Notes: generated by a model from the sequence alone, not told the origin. A DNA stretch of 64,000 bases from Armatimonadota bacterium (GCA_046292385.1 JBKBRF010000006.1:11224-75223), one strand, 5' to 3'; positions 37,064 through 49,729 are shown, counted from the stretch's first letter. Numbers and translations: made by a program.

Positions 37064-38381
37064 AGTACGCATTCTGCGAAAATGGGTGGACGATCCGGAG
37101 CAGCGCAAGATCGACGTGGCGCTGCAGCGCGGCTACTACACCGCGGCGCGCAAGGCGCTGCTGGAGATGCAGCCGGATGAGCTGATCGAGATGGTCCGCG
37201 CCTCCGGTCTGCGCGGCCGCGGCGGCGCCGGCGCCCTGACGGGGATGAAGTGGGGCTTCATGCCGAAGGAGCCGACCGCCGACCGCCCCAACTACCTGAT
37301 CTGCAACGCGGACGAGTCCGAGCCCGGCACCTACAACAACCGAGAGCTGATGGAGATGGATCCCCACCAGCTCATCGAGGGGATGATCATCTCCGCCTAC
37401 GCCATGCGCGTGCGGACGATGTTCATCTACATCCGCGGGGAGATGGTGCTCGGCGCGAAGGTGCTCGCCGACGCGATCGCCGCGGCCTACGCCCGTGGCT
37501 TCCTGGGCGAGAACATCTTCGGCACCAACTTCTCGACCGACCTGATCCTGCACCGGGGCGCCGGGGCCTACATCTGCGGGGAGGAGACCGCGCTGATGGA
37601 CTCCCTGGAAGGCCTGCGCGGCCACCCGCGCAGCAAGCCGCCGTTCCCGGCGGTGCAGGGGCTCTACGGCAAGCCGACCACGATCAACAACGTGGAGACG
37701 CTCTGCAACGTGCCGCACCTGGTGAACAACGGGGTGGAGTGGTACCGCTCCATGGGAACGGAGAAGAGCACCGGCAGCAAGATCTTCTCCGTGAGCGGCC
37801 ACGTGAAGCGCCCCGGCAACTACGAGATCACAATGGGCACGCCGCTCCGGGAGCTGGTGTACGACATCGCCGGCGGCATCCGGGACGACCGCGACCTGAA
37901 GGCGGTGATTCCGGGCGGCTCTTCCATGCCGATGCTCCCGAAAGAGATCGCGCTCGAGGCGAACATGGACTTCGAGAGCCTGCAGGCCGCCGGCTCGGCG
38001 GTCGGCTCCGGCGGGTTCATCGTCTTCGACGACACCACCGACATCGTGCAGGTGTGCGAAGTAATCGCGCGCTTCTACAAGAACGAGAGCTGCGGCAAGT
38101 GCGTGCCGTGCCGCATCGGGACCGACTGGATCCACAAGATCATCCTGCGGATCATGCACGGGCACGGCCGGCCGGAGGACATCAACCTCCTCCGCGGAGT
38201 CTGCGTGAATCTGGCGGGCGAAAAGATGATGGACAGCCGCAGCTTCTGCGCGCTGGGCGACGCGGCTGCGTGGCCGATCATCTGGGGCGGGCTGAAGCAC
38301 TTCCAGGACGAGTTCGACTACTGGATTCAGCACAAGAAATCGCCCGTCGGACGAGAAGTCGGAGTGCCGGCCGTCGCGTAA
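37056..38381 (+). CDS. nuoF: NADH-quinone oxidoreductase subunit F
   Basis: SGLRGRGGAG, NADESEPG, GAYICGEETAL, ESCGKCVPCRIG, FCALG. Confidence 0.96.
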   Translation: MPEVRILRKWVDDPEQRKIDVALQRGYYTAARKALLEMQPDELIEMVRASGLRGRGGAGALTGMKWGFMPKEPTADRPNYLICNADESEPGTYNNRELMEMDPHQLIEGMIISAYAMRVRTMFIYIRGEMVLGAKVLADAIAAAYARGFLGENIFGTNFSTDLILHRGAGAYICGEETALMDSLEGLRGHPRSKPPFPAVQGLYGKPTTINNVETLCNVPHLVNNGVEWYRSMGTEKSTGSKIFSVSGHVKRPGNYEITMGTPLRELVYDIAGGIRDDRDLKAVIPGGSSMPMLPKEIALEANMDFESLQAAGSAVGSGGFIVFDDTTDIVQVCEVIARFYKNESCGKCVPCRIGTDWIHKIILRIMHGHGRPEDINLLRGVCVNLAGEKMMDSRSFCALGDAAAWPIIWGGLKHFQDEFDYWIQHKKSPVGREVGVPAVA

Positions 38382-38462
38382 CGAGATAGGTTTCTAAAGG
38401 GCTTCCCGCCCGGTCCGCGCCGCCGCCGATTGGCGGTCGCGCGGTAGGATAAGCAGGCCAGA

Positions 38463-40976
38463 ATGGCAACCGAAACCCAGGCACCCAGCGTCCCGATGGT
38501 GACGCTTTCCATAGACGGACGCGAAGTCCAGGTCCCCAAGGGCACCAACGTCATCGAGGCGGCCCGCAAGCTGGGGATTCAGATTCCGTACCTCTGCTAC
38601 CACCACCAGCTCACGCCGTTCGGCGGCTGCCGTCTCTGCCTGGTGGAGGTAGAGAAGGTGCCGAAGCTGCTCGCGGCGTGCAACACGCTGGTGGCGGACG
38701 GCATGGTGGTGCGCACCACCACCTCCAAGGTACGGGAGCAGCGCTCCGGCGCGCTGGAGTTCATCCTGCTGAACCACCCGCTCGACTGTCCCGTGTGCGA
38801 CAAGGGCGGCGAGTGCGAGCTGCAGGACCGCGTCTTCGAGCACAGCAACGCGATCTCCCGCGCCACCGAGCCGAAGATCCACATCGAGGACTACGACCTC
38901 GGCCCGCTGGTGGTGCGGAACCAGGACCGCTGCATCATCTGCAAGCGCTGCGTGAAGGTGATGGAAGAGGTGGTGGGGGACCCGGTGCTGGAATTCGGCC
39001 AGCGCGGCATCACCACCGAGGTCTACACTTTCGAGCACGAGGAGTTCCGCCCCGGCTTCTCCGGCAACACCATCCGCGTCTGCCCGGTCGGCGCGCTGAT
39101 GAGCAAGCCGTTCCGGTTCACCGCCCGCCCGTGGGAGCTCCAGAAGACCCCCAGCGTCTGCAGCCTCTGCAGCGTCGGCTGCAACGTCCGCCGCGACGTG
39201 CGGGAGAACAAGCTGCTGCGCGTGGTCGGCCTGGAGAACCCGCAGGTCAACGACGGCTGGCTCTGCGACCGCGGGCAGTTTGGCTACGACTACGTGAACA
39301 GCGCGGAGCGGCTCGCGGCCCCGCTCATCCGCCGCAGCAAGGGCGGCGCGCTGGAGCCGGTCTCCTGGGATGAAGCGCTCGGCTTCGTCGCCTCCCGCCT
39401 GAAGCAGGTGAAGGAAAGCGGCGGCGCTTTCGCGGCGCTCGGCTCGGAGCGGATCTGCAACGAGGACGCCTACGTCCTGCAGCAGTTCACCCGCGAGGTG
39501 ATGGGCAGCGCCCACGTAGACCACCGCGCCGGCAGCACCCGCACCGGGTACCAGGCGCAGCGGCCGACCCCCGGCGCGATCGCCGCGCTGCCGAAGGCGG
39601 ACGCGGTCCTCGTGATCGGCTCCGACGTCACCGCGGAAGCGCCGGTGCTCGATCTGGTGCTGAAGCGCAGCATCCTGCCGAAGAAGTCGAAGCTGATCGT
39701 CGCCAACCCGCGCGCCACCGCGCTCGACAAGTTCGCGGCGCAGACCCTCCAGTACCTCCCCGGCCGCGAGATCGCGCTGGTGAACGCGCTGGTGCAGGCG
39801 GTCCTGGAAGAGGGCGGCGCGGGAGCCTCGCTGGCGGGCATCGACGCCGTCCGGCAGGGCCTGGGTGGAGCCACGGTGGCCCAGCTCGCCGAATCGGCGG
39901 GCGCCACTGAAGCGGCGGTGCGCCAGGCGGCGAAGACGTTCGCCGGCGCGAAGCTCGGGAGCATCCTCTACGGCCAGGCCGCGGCGGACGGCCGCGACGG
40001 CGGCTACTTCATCGCGGCGCTGCAGAACCTGGCGCAGGTAGCGGGCCAGTCCGGTAAGGACGGCCACCTGCTGCTCGAGGTGGTGCGCGAGGCGAACACC
40101 TGGGGCGTGCGCGACCTCGGCCTGCTGCCGGACACCGGTCCGGCCGGGGCGCCCGTCACGCGCGGCAAGTCGACGAGCGAGATCATCCAGGCGGCGGCCG
40201 ACGGCCAGCTCCAGGCGCTCTACGTCGTGGGCGCCAACCCGGCGGTCGAGCTGCCCGGCGGTGAGAAGGTCCAGGCCGCGCTCCGCAGCGTGCCGCTCCT
40301 GGTGGTGCAGGACCTGTTCCTCACCGAAACCGCGGAGCTGGCGGACGTCGTCTTCCCCAGCGTCGACGTCTCGGAGCGCAACGCGACGCTCACCAATATC
40401 GAGGGACGCGTGCAGCGGGCGGTCCGGTCGATGGACCCGCGGGGTGCCTCCAAGGAAGACTGGCGCATCCTGTCGCTCATCGCGGAAGAGATGGGGCAGC
40501 CGCTCGGATACACCACGGCGGAAAGCGTGCTGAAGCAGATCCGCGCGGCGTTTGCGGGCAAGAACGGGCAGGGCAAGCCGGCCGGCCTGCAGCGGGTAGA
40601 GACGCCCGCCGCGCTGGGCCGCGACGCTGCCTTCCCGCTCCGGCTCTTCACCGGCCGCCTGATGTTCGACCGCAGCGCCCTGCAGGGACGCTCCACCGTC
40701 ATCCCCGGCCTGGCGCCCGATCCGTTCGTGGAGATCAATCCGGCGGACGCGCAGCGCTACGGCATCGAAGCGGACAGCCTGGTCACGGTGGAGACCGCCG
40801 TGGGAGCGCTCCGGCTCACCGCCCGCGTGAGCACGTCGGTGCCGGCCGGACACGTCTTCGTCCCCGAGGGGTACTCCGAAGCCCCCGTTTCGACGCTGCT
40901 GACGGAAGGCGCGTCCGTGGTCTCGTGCCGCATCGCCGGCCCAGAAGCACGCCCGGAAGCACGCACGGAAGCATAG
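38463..40976 (+). CDS. nuoG: NADH-quinone oxidoreductase subunit G
   Basis: CYH...GGCRLC, HPLDCPVCDKGGEC, CIICKRC, CSLCSVGC...WLCDRG. Confidence 0.95.
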   Translation: MATETQAPSVPMVTLSIDGREVQVPKGTNVIEAARKLGIQIPYLCYHHQLTPFGGCRLCLVEVEKVPKLLAACNTLVADGMVVRTTTSKVREQRSGALEFILLNHPLDCPVCDKGGECELQDRVFEHSNAISRATEPKIHIEDYDLGPLVVRNQDRCIICKRCVKVMEEVVGDPVLEFGQRGITTEVYTFEHEEFRPGFSGNTIRVCPVGALMSKPFRFTARPWELQKTPSVCSLCSVGCNVRRDVRENKLLRVVGLENPQVNDGWLCDRGQFGYDYVNSAERLAAPLIRRSKGGALEPVSWDEALGFVASRLKQVKESGGAFAALGSERICNEDAYVLQQFTREVMGSAHVDHRAGSTRTGYQAQRPTPGAIAALPKADAVLVIGSDVTAEAPVLDLVLKRSILPKKSKLIVANPRATALDKFAAQTLQYLPGREIALVNALVQAVLEEGGAGASLAGIDAVRQGLGGATVAQLAESAGATEAAVRQAAKTFAGAKLGSILYGQAAADGRDGGYFIAALQNLAQVAGQSGKDGHLLLEVVREANTWGVRDLGLLPDTGPAGAPVTRGKSTSEIIQAAADGQLQALYVVGANPAVELPGGEKVQAALRSVPLLVVQDLFLTETAELADVVFPSVDVSERNATLTNIEGRVQRAVRSMDPRGASKEDWRILSLIAEEMGQPLGYTTAESVLKQIRAAFAGKNGQGKPAGLQRVETPAALGRDAAFPLRLFTGRLMFDRSALQGRSTVIPGLAPDPFVEINPADAQRYGIEADSLVTVETAVGALRLTARVSTSVPAGHVFVPEGYSEAPVSTLLTEGASVVSCRIAGPEARPEARTEA

Positions 40977-41024
40977 ATCCGGCGCTGCCGGGCTCGTTCG
41001 GGAATAGCGGAATTGGAAACGAAC

Positions 41025-42359
41025 ATGCCGTTCGAGGTCGCGGCGATCGCGGCCCTCATCAAGATCGTAGTGGCCCTCGGCTTCATCATGCTGGCGGTCC
41101 CGATGCTCGTCTGGCTCGAGCGCAAGCTCATTGCGGACTTCCAGGCGCGCGTGGGGCCCAGCCGCGTGGGACCGTTCGGGCTGCTGCAGTCGTTCGTCGA
41201 CGGCATCAAGCTCCTCACCAAGGAAGCGCTGCAGCCGGCGCAGGTCGACCGGCTGCTCTACTACCTCGGCCCGGTGATGGTGATGATCCCCGCGCTGGTG
41301 GTGGGGGCGGTGGTGCCGTTCGCCGCGCCGCTGCAGGTGGGGGACTACGTCCACCGGATGGTGATCGCCGATCTTCCGATCGGGATCCTCTTCATCCTGG
41401 CGCTCACCTCGATCAGCGTCTACGGGATCGTGCTCTCCGGCTGGTCTTCCAACAGCAAGTACTCTCTACTCGGTGCCCTCCGCTCCGCCGCGCAGATGGT
41501 GAGCTACGAGCTGCCGCTCGGTCTTAGCCTCATCGCCGGCCTGATGATCGCGAGCTGGGCCGACCCGCAGGGCCTCTTCGGCCTGAGCCTGGTGCGGGTG
41601 GTGGAGGCGCAGGACGGCGGCATTTTGAACTGGGTCGCCTTCAACTACCGCTTCGGCTTCCTCGGGCTGATCGCCCTCGTGATGTTCTACATCTGCGGCC
41701 TGGCGGAGACGAACCGCGCCCCCTTCGACCTCCCCGAGGCGGAGACGGAGCTCGTCGCCGGCTACCTTACCGAGTACGGCGGCATGAAGTGGGCGATGTT
41801 CTTCCTGGGCGAGTACGCGGCGATGCTGAACGTCGCGGCGGTGGCGACGACCGTCTTCCTGGGCGGCTGGCACTCTCCCTATCCGGAGAGCTGGCTCCCG
41901 ATCGCGGTGAACTCGCTCCCGTACATGCTGCACGGGCTGCTCTGGTTCGGGCTCAAGATCTTCCTCATCATCGTGATCTACATGTGGATTCGCGCTACCC
42001 TGCCGCGGATGCGCTACGACCACCTGATGAGCTTCGCGTGGAAAGGGCTGCTGCCCGGGTCGCTCGTGATGATCTTCGTCGTCGCGACGATCCTCACCGC
42101 CGCGCACGCGGAGCCGCCGCCGGCAGTGCTGCTGGGCCCGGGCGCGCAGAACGACCAGCGCCAGCTCCCCGCTCCGCCGATCGAGACCCCGGGCGGAGAG
42201 CCCGGAGCCCCCGCGGGCAACGCTCCCGCGGCCAATGCTCCCGCGGCGAACACGCCCGGAGCGGCGGCACCGGTCGGGAATGCCCCGGCCGAAGCGCCTG
42301 CTAACGCTAACAACCCGGCGGCACCGGCCGGAAACGCGCCGGCGCCGGGAGGACAATAG
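41025..42359 (+). CDS. nuoH: NADH-quinone oxidoreductase subunit H, with Ala/Pro/Asn-rich C-terminal tail
   Basis: ERKLIA, AETNRAPFDLPEAE, RATLPRMRYD. Start ATG 41025 or TTG 41013. Confidence 0.96.
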   Translation: MPFEVAAIAALIKIVVALGFIMLAVPMLVWLERKLIADFQARVGPSRVGPFGLLQSFVDGIKLLTKEALQPAQVDRLLYYLGPVMVMIPALVVGAVVPFAAPLQVGDYVHRMVIADLPIGILFILALTSISVYGIVLSGWSSNSKYSLLGALRSAAQMVSYELPLGLSLIAGLMIASWADPQGLFGLSLVRVVEAQDGGILNWVAFNYRFGFLGLIALVMFYICGLAETNRAPFDLPEAETELVAGYLTEYGGMKWAMFFLGEYAAMLNVAAVATTVFLGGWHSPYPESWLPIAVNSLPYMLHGLLWFGLKIFLIIVIYMWIRATLPRMRYDHLMSFAWKGLLPGSLVMIFVVATILTAAHAEPPPAVLLGPGAQNDQRQLPAPPIETPGGEPGAPAGNAPAANAPAANTPGAAAPVGNAPAEAPANANNPAAPAGNAPAPGGQ

Positions 42360-42365
42360 ATCACC

Positions 42366-42872
42366 ATGGCACTTCAACAGGAAGTCGTCAGCCGCCGCCG
42401 GCGGTCCACCACGCTGGGCAACATCGGCGCCCTCGTGAAGGGGCTGCTCACCACCGCCCAGGAAGCGCTGGTCGGCGAGCGGGTGACGCAGAACTACCCG
42501 GAAGATCACTACGTGCCGTTCCCGCGCTGGCGCGGCCGGCACGTGCTGCGGCGCCACGAGAATGGGCTGGAGAAGTGTGTCGGCTGCGCCCTCTGCGCCG
42601 CGGCCTGCCCGGCGCACTGCATCCGCGTCATCGCCGGGGAGAATACCGACACGCACCGCATCTCCGAGGGAGAGCGGTACGCGGAGGTGTACGAGATTCA
42701 CATGCTGCGCTGCATCTTCTGCGGCTACTGCGTGGAGGCGTGTCCCACGGAAGCGCTCGGCATGACCGGCGAGTACGAGCTGGCCACGTTCAGCCGCGAA
42801 GCGCAGCTCTACGGTAAGGAGCGCCTGCTGGAGCCCGTTCCGGTGAACGACGGCTCCATGAAAGGCGACTGA
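42366..42872 (+). CDS. nuoI: NADH-quinone oxidoreductase subunit I
   Basis: CVGCALCAAACP and CIFCGYCVEACP. Confidence 0.96.
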   Translation: MALQQEVVSRRRRSTTLGNIGALVKGLLTTAQEALVGERVTQNYPEDHYVPFPRWRGRHVLRRHENGLEKCVGCALCAAACPAHCIRVIAGENTDTHRISEGERYAEVYEIHMLRCIFCGYCVEACPTEALGMTGEYELATFSREAQLYGKERLLEPVPVNDGSMKGD

Positions 42873-43015
42873 GATTCGATTTGTGCCCGGCGCGCGGCGC
42901 GTCCGCGCGCCGTTAGCCTGTTTGCTTCAGAGGCGAAGCTAGGCGTTCCCGGAAGCCCCGCTTCCCGCCTGCTCGGCCTCGTCGACCCGTAACTCAACGA
43001 CGGAGTCCTGCCCGA

Positions 43016-43570
43016 ATGGGTCTGCAAATCCTCTTCTGGATACTGGCCGGGCTGTCGGTCATCACCGCCCTCACGGTGGTGATCCACCGGAATCCCATGC
43101 GCGCCGCCCTGGCGCTGGTGGTGAACTTCCTCAGCCTCGCCGTCCTCTACATCCTGCTCAACGCGCAGGTGCTCGCGGCGCTGCAGGTGATCGTCTACGC
43201 CGGCGCCATCATGGTGCTGGTGCTCTTCGTGATCCAGCTCCTCAACCTGGGCGGGGAGAACGTGCGGGAGGACCCGCTCGGCATCGGCCAGCGGCTGGCC
43301 GCCGCGCTGCTGGGCATGCTGCTGCTCGGCGGCATCATGTACGGCATCAACGCCTACGCCGGCCGCGCGCCGGCCGGCGTCTCGCCGCGGCTGCAGCAGC
43401 TGCAGCAGGCGGACATCCCGCAGATCCAGATCATCGGCTGGGACCTGTTCACCCGGTACGTCTACCCGTTCGAGCTCACCTCGCTGCTGCTGCTGGTGGG
43501 GGTGATCGGCGTGCTGATCTTCACTCGCCGCCGCACCACCCAGGTAACCCAAAATGGCCGCAATCCCTAA
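43016..43570 (+). CDS. nuoJ: NADH-quinone oxidoreductase subunit J
   Basis: [31 protein letters not shown]. Confidence 0.95.
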   Translation: MGLQILFWILAGLSVITALTVVIHRNPMRAALALVVNFLSLAVLYILLNAQVLAALQVIVYAGAIMVLVLFVIQLLNLGGENVREDPLGIGQRLAAALLGMLLLGGIMYGINAYAGRAPAGVSPRLQQLQQADIPQIQIIGWDLFTRYVYPFELTSLLLLVGVIGVLIFTRRRTTQVTQNGRNP

Positions 43571-43859
43571 CCATTACTTCCTGGGCCTGGCGGCGGTGCT
43601 CTTCACCATCGGCGCGGTGGGGGTGCTGATCCGCAAGAACCCGATCGTGATCTTCATGTGCATCGAGCTGATGCTGAACTCCGCCAACCTGGCGTTCATC
43701 ACCTTCAGCCGCACGCAGGGGTACGACGGGCAGATCTTCGCATTCTTCGTGATGACTGTCGCCGCGGCGGAAGTCGCCGTCGGCCTCGGCATCATCGTCT
43801 CCATCTTCCGAGAGCGCCACGACATCAACGTGGACGAGGTCAACCTCCTCAAGGGATAG
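43554..43859 (+). CDS. nuoK: NADH-quinone oxidoreductase subunit K
   Basis: [17 protein letters not shown]. Confidence 0.96.
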   Translation: MAAIPNHYFLGLAAVLFTIGAVGVLIRKNPIVIFMCIELMLNSANLAFITFSRTQGYDGQIFAFFVMTVAAAEVAVGLGIIVSIFRERHDINVDEVNLLKG

Positions 43860-43921
43860 CGTTAGGGGCGGCCGGGCATCCGCGGATGGGCCGCCCTTCT
43901 CGATGACGGAACAACGTGGTT

Positions 43922-46204
<2,283 letters not shown>

Positions 46205-46240
46205 ACGCCCTGCTTCGCCCTTCAAGTACGTGAACGCCTC

Positions 46241-48013
46241 ATGAATCCCGAAGCCGTTCTCAACCTGGTGCTGTACCTCCCGCTCGCCGGAGCCGTGCTC
46301 CTGGCGATGCTGCCGCGGGATCAGCACGCCTGGCACCGGTACACGGCGCTCGGCATCGCCATCGCCACCATGCTGGTGTCGTGGACGCTCCTGTTCGAGT
46401 TCCGGACCACCAGCGATCAGGTGTACCAGTTCGTGCTCGAGGCGGACTGGATCCCGCAGTTCGGCATCAAGTACAAGACCGGGGTCGACGGGATCAGCTT
46501 TACCCTGATCCTGCTCACCACGCTCCTCTCGACCATCGCGGTCCTCAGCTCGTTCGACGCGATCCAGAGCCGGGTGCGGGAGTACTACCTCTGCCTGCTG
46601 CTGCTCGAGACCGGAATGCTGGGAGTGTTCATGTCGCTCGACATGATCCTCTTCTACGTCTTCTGGGAAGCGATGCTGATCCCGATGTACTTCCTCATCG
46701 GGATCTGGGGCGGGGCTCGCCGGCGCTACGCGACGATCAAGTTCGTGCTCTACACGCTGGTCGGCAGCCTCTTGATGCTGGTGGCGATCGTCTGGGTCTA
46801 CTACGCCTCCGCGCAGGCGGGGACCGGCACGTTCGACATCACGCTGCTGACGGACCCGCTCGGCCCGCTGCAGGCGACGACGGCCCTCACGCCGGACGTG
46901 CGCTTCTGGCTCTTCCTGGCGTTCACCGCGGCGTTCGCCATCAAGGTGCCGATGTTCCCGGTCCACACCTGGCTGCCGGATGCCCACGTGGAGGCGCCGA
47001 CCGCCGGCTCCGTGATCCTGGCGGGCGTGCTGCTGAAGATGGGGACCTACGGCTTCGTCCGGTTCTGCATCCCGCTCTTCCCGGACGTGGCGATCGACCT
47101 GGCGCCGTGGTTCCTGGCCCTCTCCGCGATCGGCATCATCTACGGCGCGCTGATGGCCTACGTCCAGGTAGACGTCAAGCGCCTGGTGGCCTACTCCTCG
47201 GTGAGCCACCTCGGCTTCTGCGTGCTCGGGCTCTTCGCCTTCACGGTGGAGGGGGTCGGCGGCAGCGTGCTGCAGATGATCAACCACGGCCTCAGCACCG
47301 GCGCGCTGTTCCTTCTGGTCGGAATGCTCTACGAGCGGCGGCACACCCGGGACATCGCGGCGTTCGGCGGGATCTGGAAAGTGATGCCGGTCTTCACCGC
47401 GTTCTTCCTGATCACCACGCTCTCCAGTATCGGGCTTCCGGGGCTGAACGGCTTCGTGGGTGAGTTCCTGGTACTGCTCGGCACCTGGGGTGCGCCGGTG
47501 CGTGGGGCGCAGCTCTTCACCATCCTCTCCGCAACCGGCGTCATCCTTGGCGCGATCTACATGCTCTGGATGTTCCAGCGCGTCTTCCAGGGGCCGATCA
47601 CTCACGCCGAGAACCGCAAGCTGAGCGACGTGAACTGGCGAGAGATCGCCGCGGTCCTGCCGCTGATCCTGCTGATGTTCTGGATCGGCGTGCGGCCGAC
47701 TACGGTGACCCGCATGTTCGACCAGGCGGTCTATACCCAGGTGGTGCAGCCGGTCGACCGCGCCCGCATGCTGCAGAACATGCCGGAAGCCGCCCCGTTC
47801 GGCGGCCAGGGGCTGCCCCCCGGCTTTGGCGCACCTCCCGGCGGGCTCCCACCGGGCTTCGGAGCGCCTCCCGGCGGCGGGGGGCTGCCGCCCGGCCTGA
47901 TGCCGCCTCCCGCTCCGGGCGGAGCCCCGGAGGGAGGCTCGGCCCCGCCTCCCGCTCCCGGCGGCGCCGGCACGGCTCCCGCGGGCGGAGCCGGTAGCGA
48001 GGGATCCCGCTGA
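46241..48013 (+). CDS. nuoM: NADH-quinone oxidoreductase subunit M, with Pro/Gly-rich C-terminal tail
   Basis: FWEAML, HTWLPDAHVEAP, LKMGTYG, NHGLSTGALF, GLPGLNGFVGE. Confidence 0.96.
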   Translation: MNPEAVLNLVLYLPLAGAVLLAMLPRDQHAWHRYTALGIAIATMLVSWTLLFEFRTTSDQVYQFVLEADWIPQFGIKYKTGVDGISFTLILLTTLLSTIAVLSSFDAIQSRVREYYLCLLLLETGMLGVFMSLDMILFYVFWEAMLIPMYFLIGIWGGARRRYATIKFVLYTLVGSLLMLVAIVWVYYASAQAGTGTFDITLLTDPLGPLQATTALTPDVRFWLFLAFTAAFAIKVPMFPVHTWLPDAHVEAPTAGSVILAGVLLKMGTYGFVRFCIPLFPDVAIDLAPWFLALSAIGIIYGALMAYVQVDVKRLVAYSSVSHLGFCVLGLFAFTVEGVGGSVLQMINHGLSTGALFLLVGMLYERRHTRDIAAFGGIWKVMPVFTAFFLITTLSSIGLPGLNGFVGEFLVLLGTWGAPVRGAQLFTILSATGVILGAIYMLWMFQRVFQGPITHAENRKLSDVNWREIAAVLPLILLMFWIGVRPTTVTRMFDQAVYTQVVQPVDRARMLQNMPEAAPFGGQGLPPGFGAPPGGLPPGFGAPPGGGGLPPGLMPPPAPGGAPEGGSAPPPAPGGAGTAPAGGAGSEGSR

Positions 48014-49569
48014 TGTTTCCGAAGACTTCCGACGTACTGGCTATCCTGCCCCAGATCTTCGTGGCGGTCCTCGCCATGTTCGTCCTGCTCACAGACGCGA
48101 TCTGGCCCAAGGTCTCCAAGCGGGTCCTCGCCAACGTGGCGGTGCTGGGCCTGGTGCTCGTCTCCGCCTGGGTGATTGCGACCTGGCCGGGCCGCGAGGC
48201 GGTCCCCGCGCTCCAGAACATGGTGCTGAACGACCGCTACACCGCGTTCTTCAACCTGGTGATCCTGGGCGGGACCGCGCTCTCGATCTGGATGTCGATC
48301 CAGTTCCTCGACCGCGAAGGCGGGCAGATGGGCGAGTACTACGCCCTGCTGCTCTTTACGGCGGTCGGCGGGATGGTGATGGGCGCTTCGATCAACCTGA
48401 TCTGCGTCTTCATCGGGCTCGAGATCCTGAGCATCGCGCTCTACATCCTGTCGGGCTACCACACGCACCGGCTGGAGAGCGATGAGGCGGCGCTGAAGTA
48501 CTTCCTGCTCGGCTCCTACGCCTCCGCGTTCCTGCTCTTCGGCATCGCGCTGGTCTACGGCGCCTCCGAGTCGCTCGACATCCGCCAGATCTCAACCAAC
48601 CTCGGCAACCTGGCGGTCGGCGGCGCCGATCCATCCAAGAACTACCTGCTCCTGGCCGGGATCGCGCTGATGCTGGTCGGCTTCGGGTTCAAGGTCGCCG
48701 CCGTGCCGTTCCACATCTGGACGCCGGACGTCTACCAGGGCGCGCCGACCTCCGTCACCGCGTTCATGTCGGTGGTCGCCAAGGCGGCCGGCTTCGCGGC
48801 GTTCCTGCGGGTGATCGCCACCAGCTTCCAGGACCCGAACCTGCAGCTCCAGATCTCCGCGGTGCTCGCCTCCGTAGCGGCGCTCACGATGCTGGTGGGG
48901 AACGTGGTTGCCTGCGTGCAGACCAACCTGAAGCGGATCCTCGCCTACTCCAGCATCGCGCACGCCGGCTACATCACTGCCGGCCTGGTGGCCGCGGTGC
49001 GGGGCGGGGGGATGTCGATGCTCGGCGACGATCCTCGCCAGAGCGCCATCGCGGCGGTGCTGTTCTACGCCGCGGGCTATACCGTGAGCAATCTGGGCGC
49101 CTTCGGCGTGCTGTTGGCGCTTCGCAAGCGCGGGGAAGAGGTGCAGGACCTAAAGGACCTCGCCGGAGTCGGCTTCCGCCACCCGTGGCTCGCCGCGCTC
49201 CTCACGCTCTTCCTGCTCTCGCTGGCGGGGCTCCCGCCGTTCGTCGGCTTCTTCGGCAAGCTCTTCCTGATCCAGGCGCTGATCGAGATGAGCAGCCCGC
49301 TGGTCTGGCTGATCGTGCTCTTCGTGCTCACCAGCGTGGTCTCGTTCTACTACTACCTGGGCCCGGTCCGCGCGATGTACATGCCGACGCCGGAAGAGGA
49401 CGAGGGTGCCGTCACCACTGTCACCGCGGACGGGCACCTGAAGCTGGCGCTCGCCGTCGCCGCGATCGGCACCGTCCTGCTCGGCCTCTGGGCCGGCGGC
49501 GTGTTCGGCGTAGCGCAGCGGGTGGCGGAGAGCTTCTTCACCTCCGGTATCGCCAACACGATGCCGTAA
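48013..49569 (+). CDS. nuoN: NADH-quinone oxidoreductase subunit N
   Basis: EAALKYF, FKVAAVPFHIWTPDVYQGAP, GLPPFVGFFGK. Confidence 0.96.
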   Translation: MFPKTSDVLAILPQIFVAVLAMFVLLTDAIWPKVSKRVLANVAVLGLVLVSAWVIATWPGREAVPALQNMVLNDRYTAFFNLVILGGTALSIWMSIQFLDREGGQMGEYYALLLFTAVGGMVMGASINLICVFIGLEILSIALYILSGYHTHRLESDEAALKYFLLGSYASAFLLFGIALVYGASESLDIRQISTNLGNLAVGGADPSKNYLLLAGIALMLVGFGFKVAAVPFHIWTPDVYQGAPTSVTAFMSVVAKAAGFAAFLRVIATSFQDPNLQLQISAVLASVAALTMLVGNVVACVQTNLKRILAYSSIAHAGYITAGLVAAVRGGGMSMLGDDPRQSAIAAVLFYAAGYTVSNLGAFGVLLALRKRGEEVQDLKDLAGVGFRHPWLAALLTLFLLSLAGLPPFVGFFGKLFLIQALIEMSSPLVWLIVLFVLTSVVSFYYYLGPVRAMYMPTPEEDEGAVTTVTADGHLKLALAVAAIGTVLLGLWAGGVFGVAQRVAESFFTSGIANTMP

Positions 49570-49592
49570 GGCCGGGGCCGCCTGGAACGCAA

Positions 49593-49626
49593 CGAGGGGA
49601 GGTTACCGTGCGGGTAACCTCCCCTC
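49593..49626 (+). terminator. Strong hairpin after nuoN
   Basis: GAGGGGAGGTTACC...GGTAACCTCCCCTC stem. Confidence 0.6.
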
Positions 49627-49682
49627 GCTCCACTTTGGCCCGTGCTGTCCGGAGTGCGATGGCGGCTGCCGGAGTCGCGCCT

Positions 49683-49729
49683 GCGACTAAAGTCGAGGCT
49701 ACAGAGAGCAAAGCCCGCCTGCGCGGGCT
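49683..49729 (+). repeat. Variant of the first two modules of the composite REP-like element
   Basis: GCGACTAAAGTCG, linker, AGCCCGCCTGCGCGGGCT; same architecture as GCGGTTGAAACCGC...AGTCCGCCTCCGCGGACT. Confidence 0.65.

Noticed and set aside
38463-40976. NuoG as a formate dehydrogenase or other molybdoenzyme
   Set aside because: The molybdopterin-like fold is normal for NuoG, and the position within nuoA-N and the N-terminal Fe-S motifs are canonical.
42873-43015. Intra-operon hairpins in nuo (also 38410-38445 and 43865-43895) as mobile elements
   Set aside because: Single-copy short GC stems, consistent with mRNA processing or stability elements; no similarity to the repeat families.
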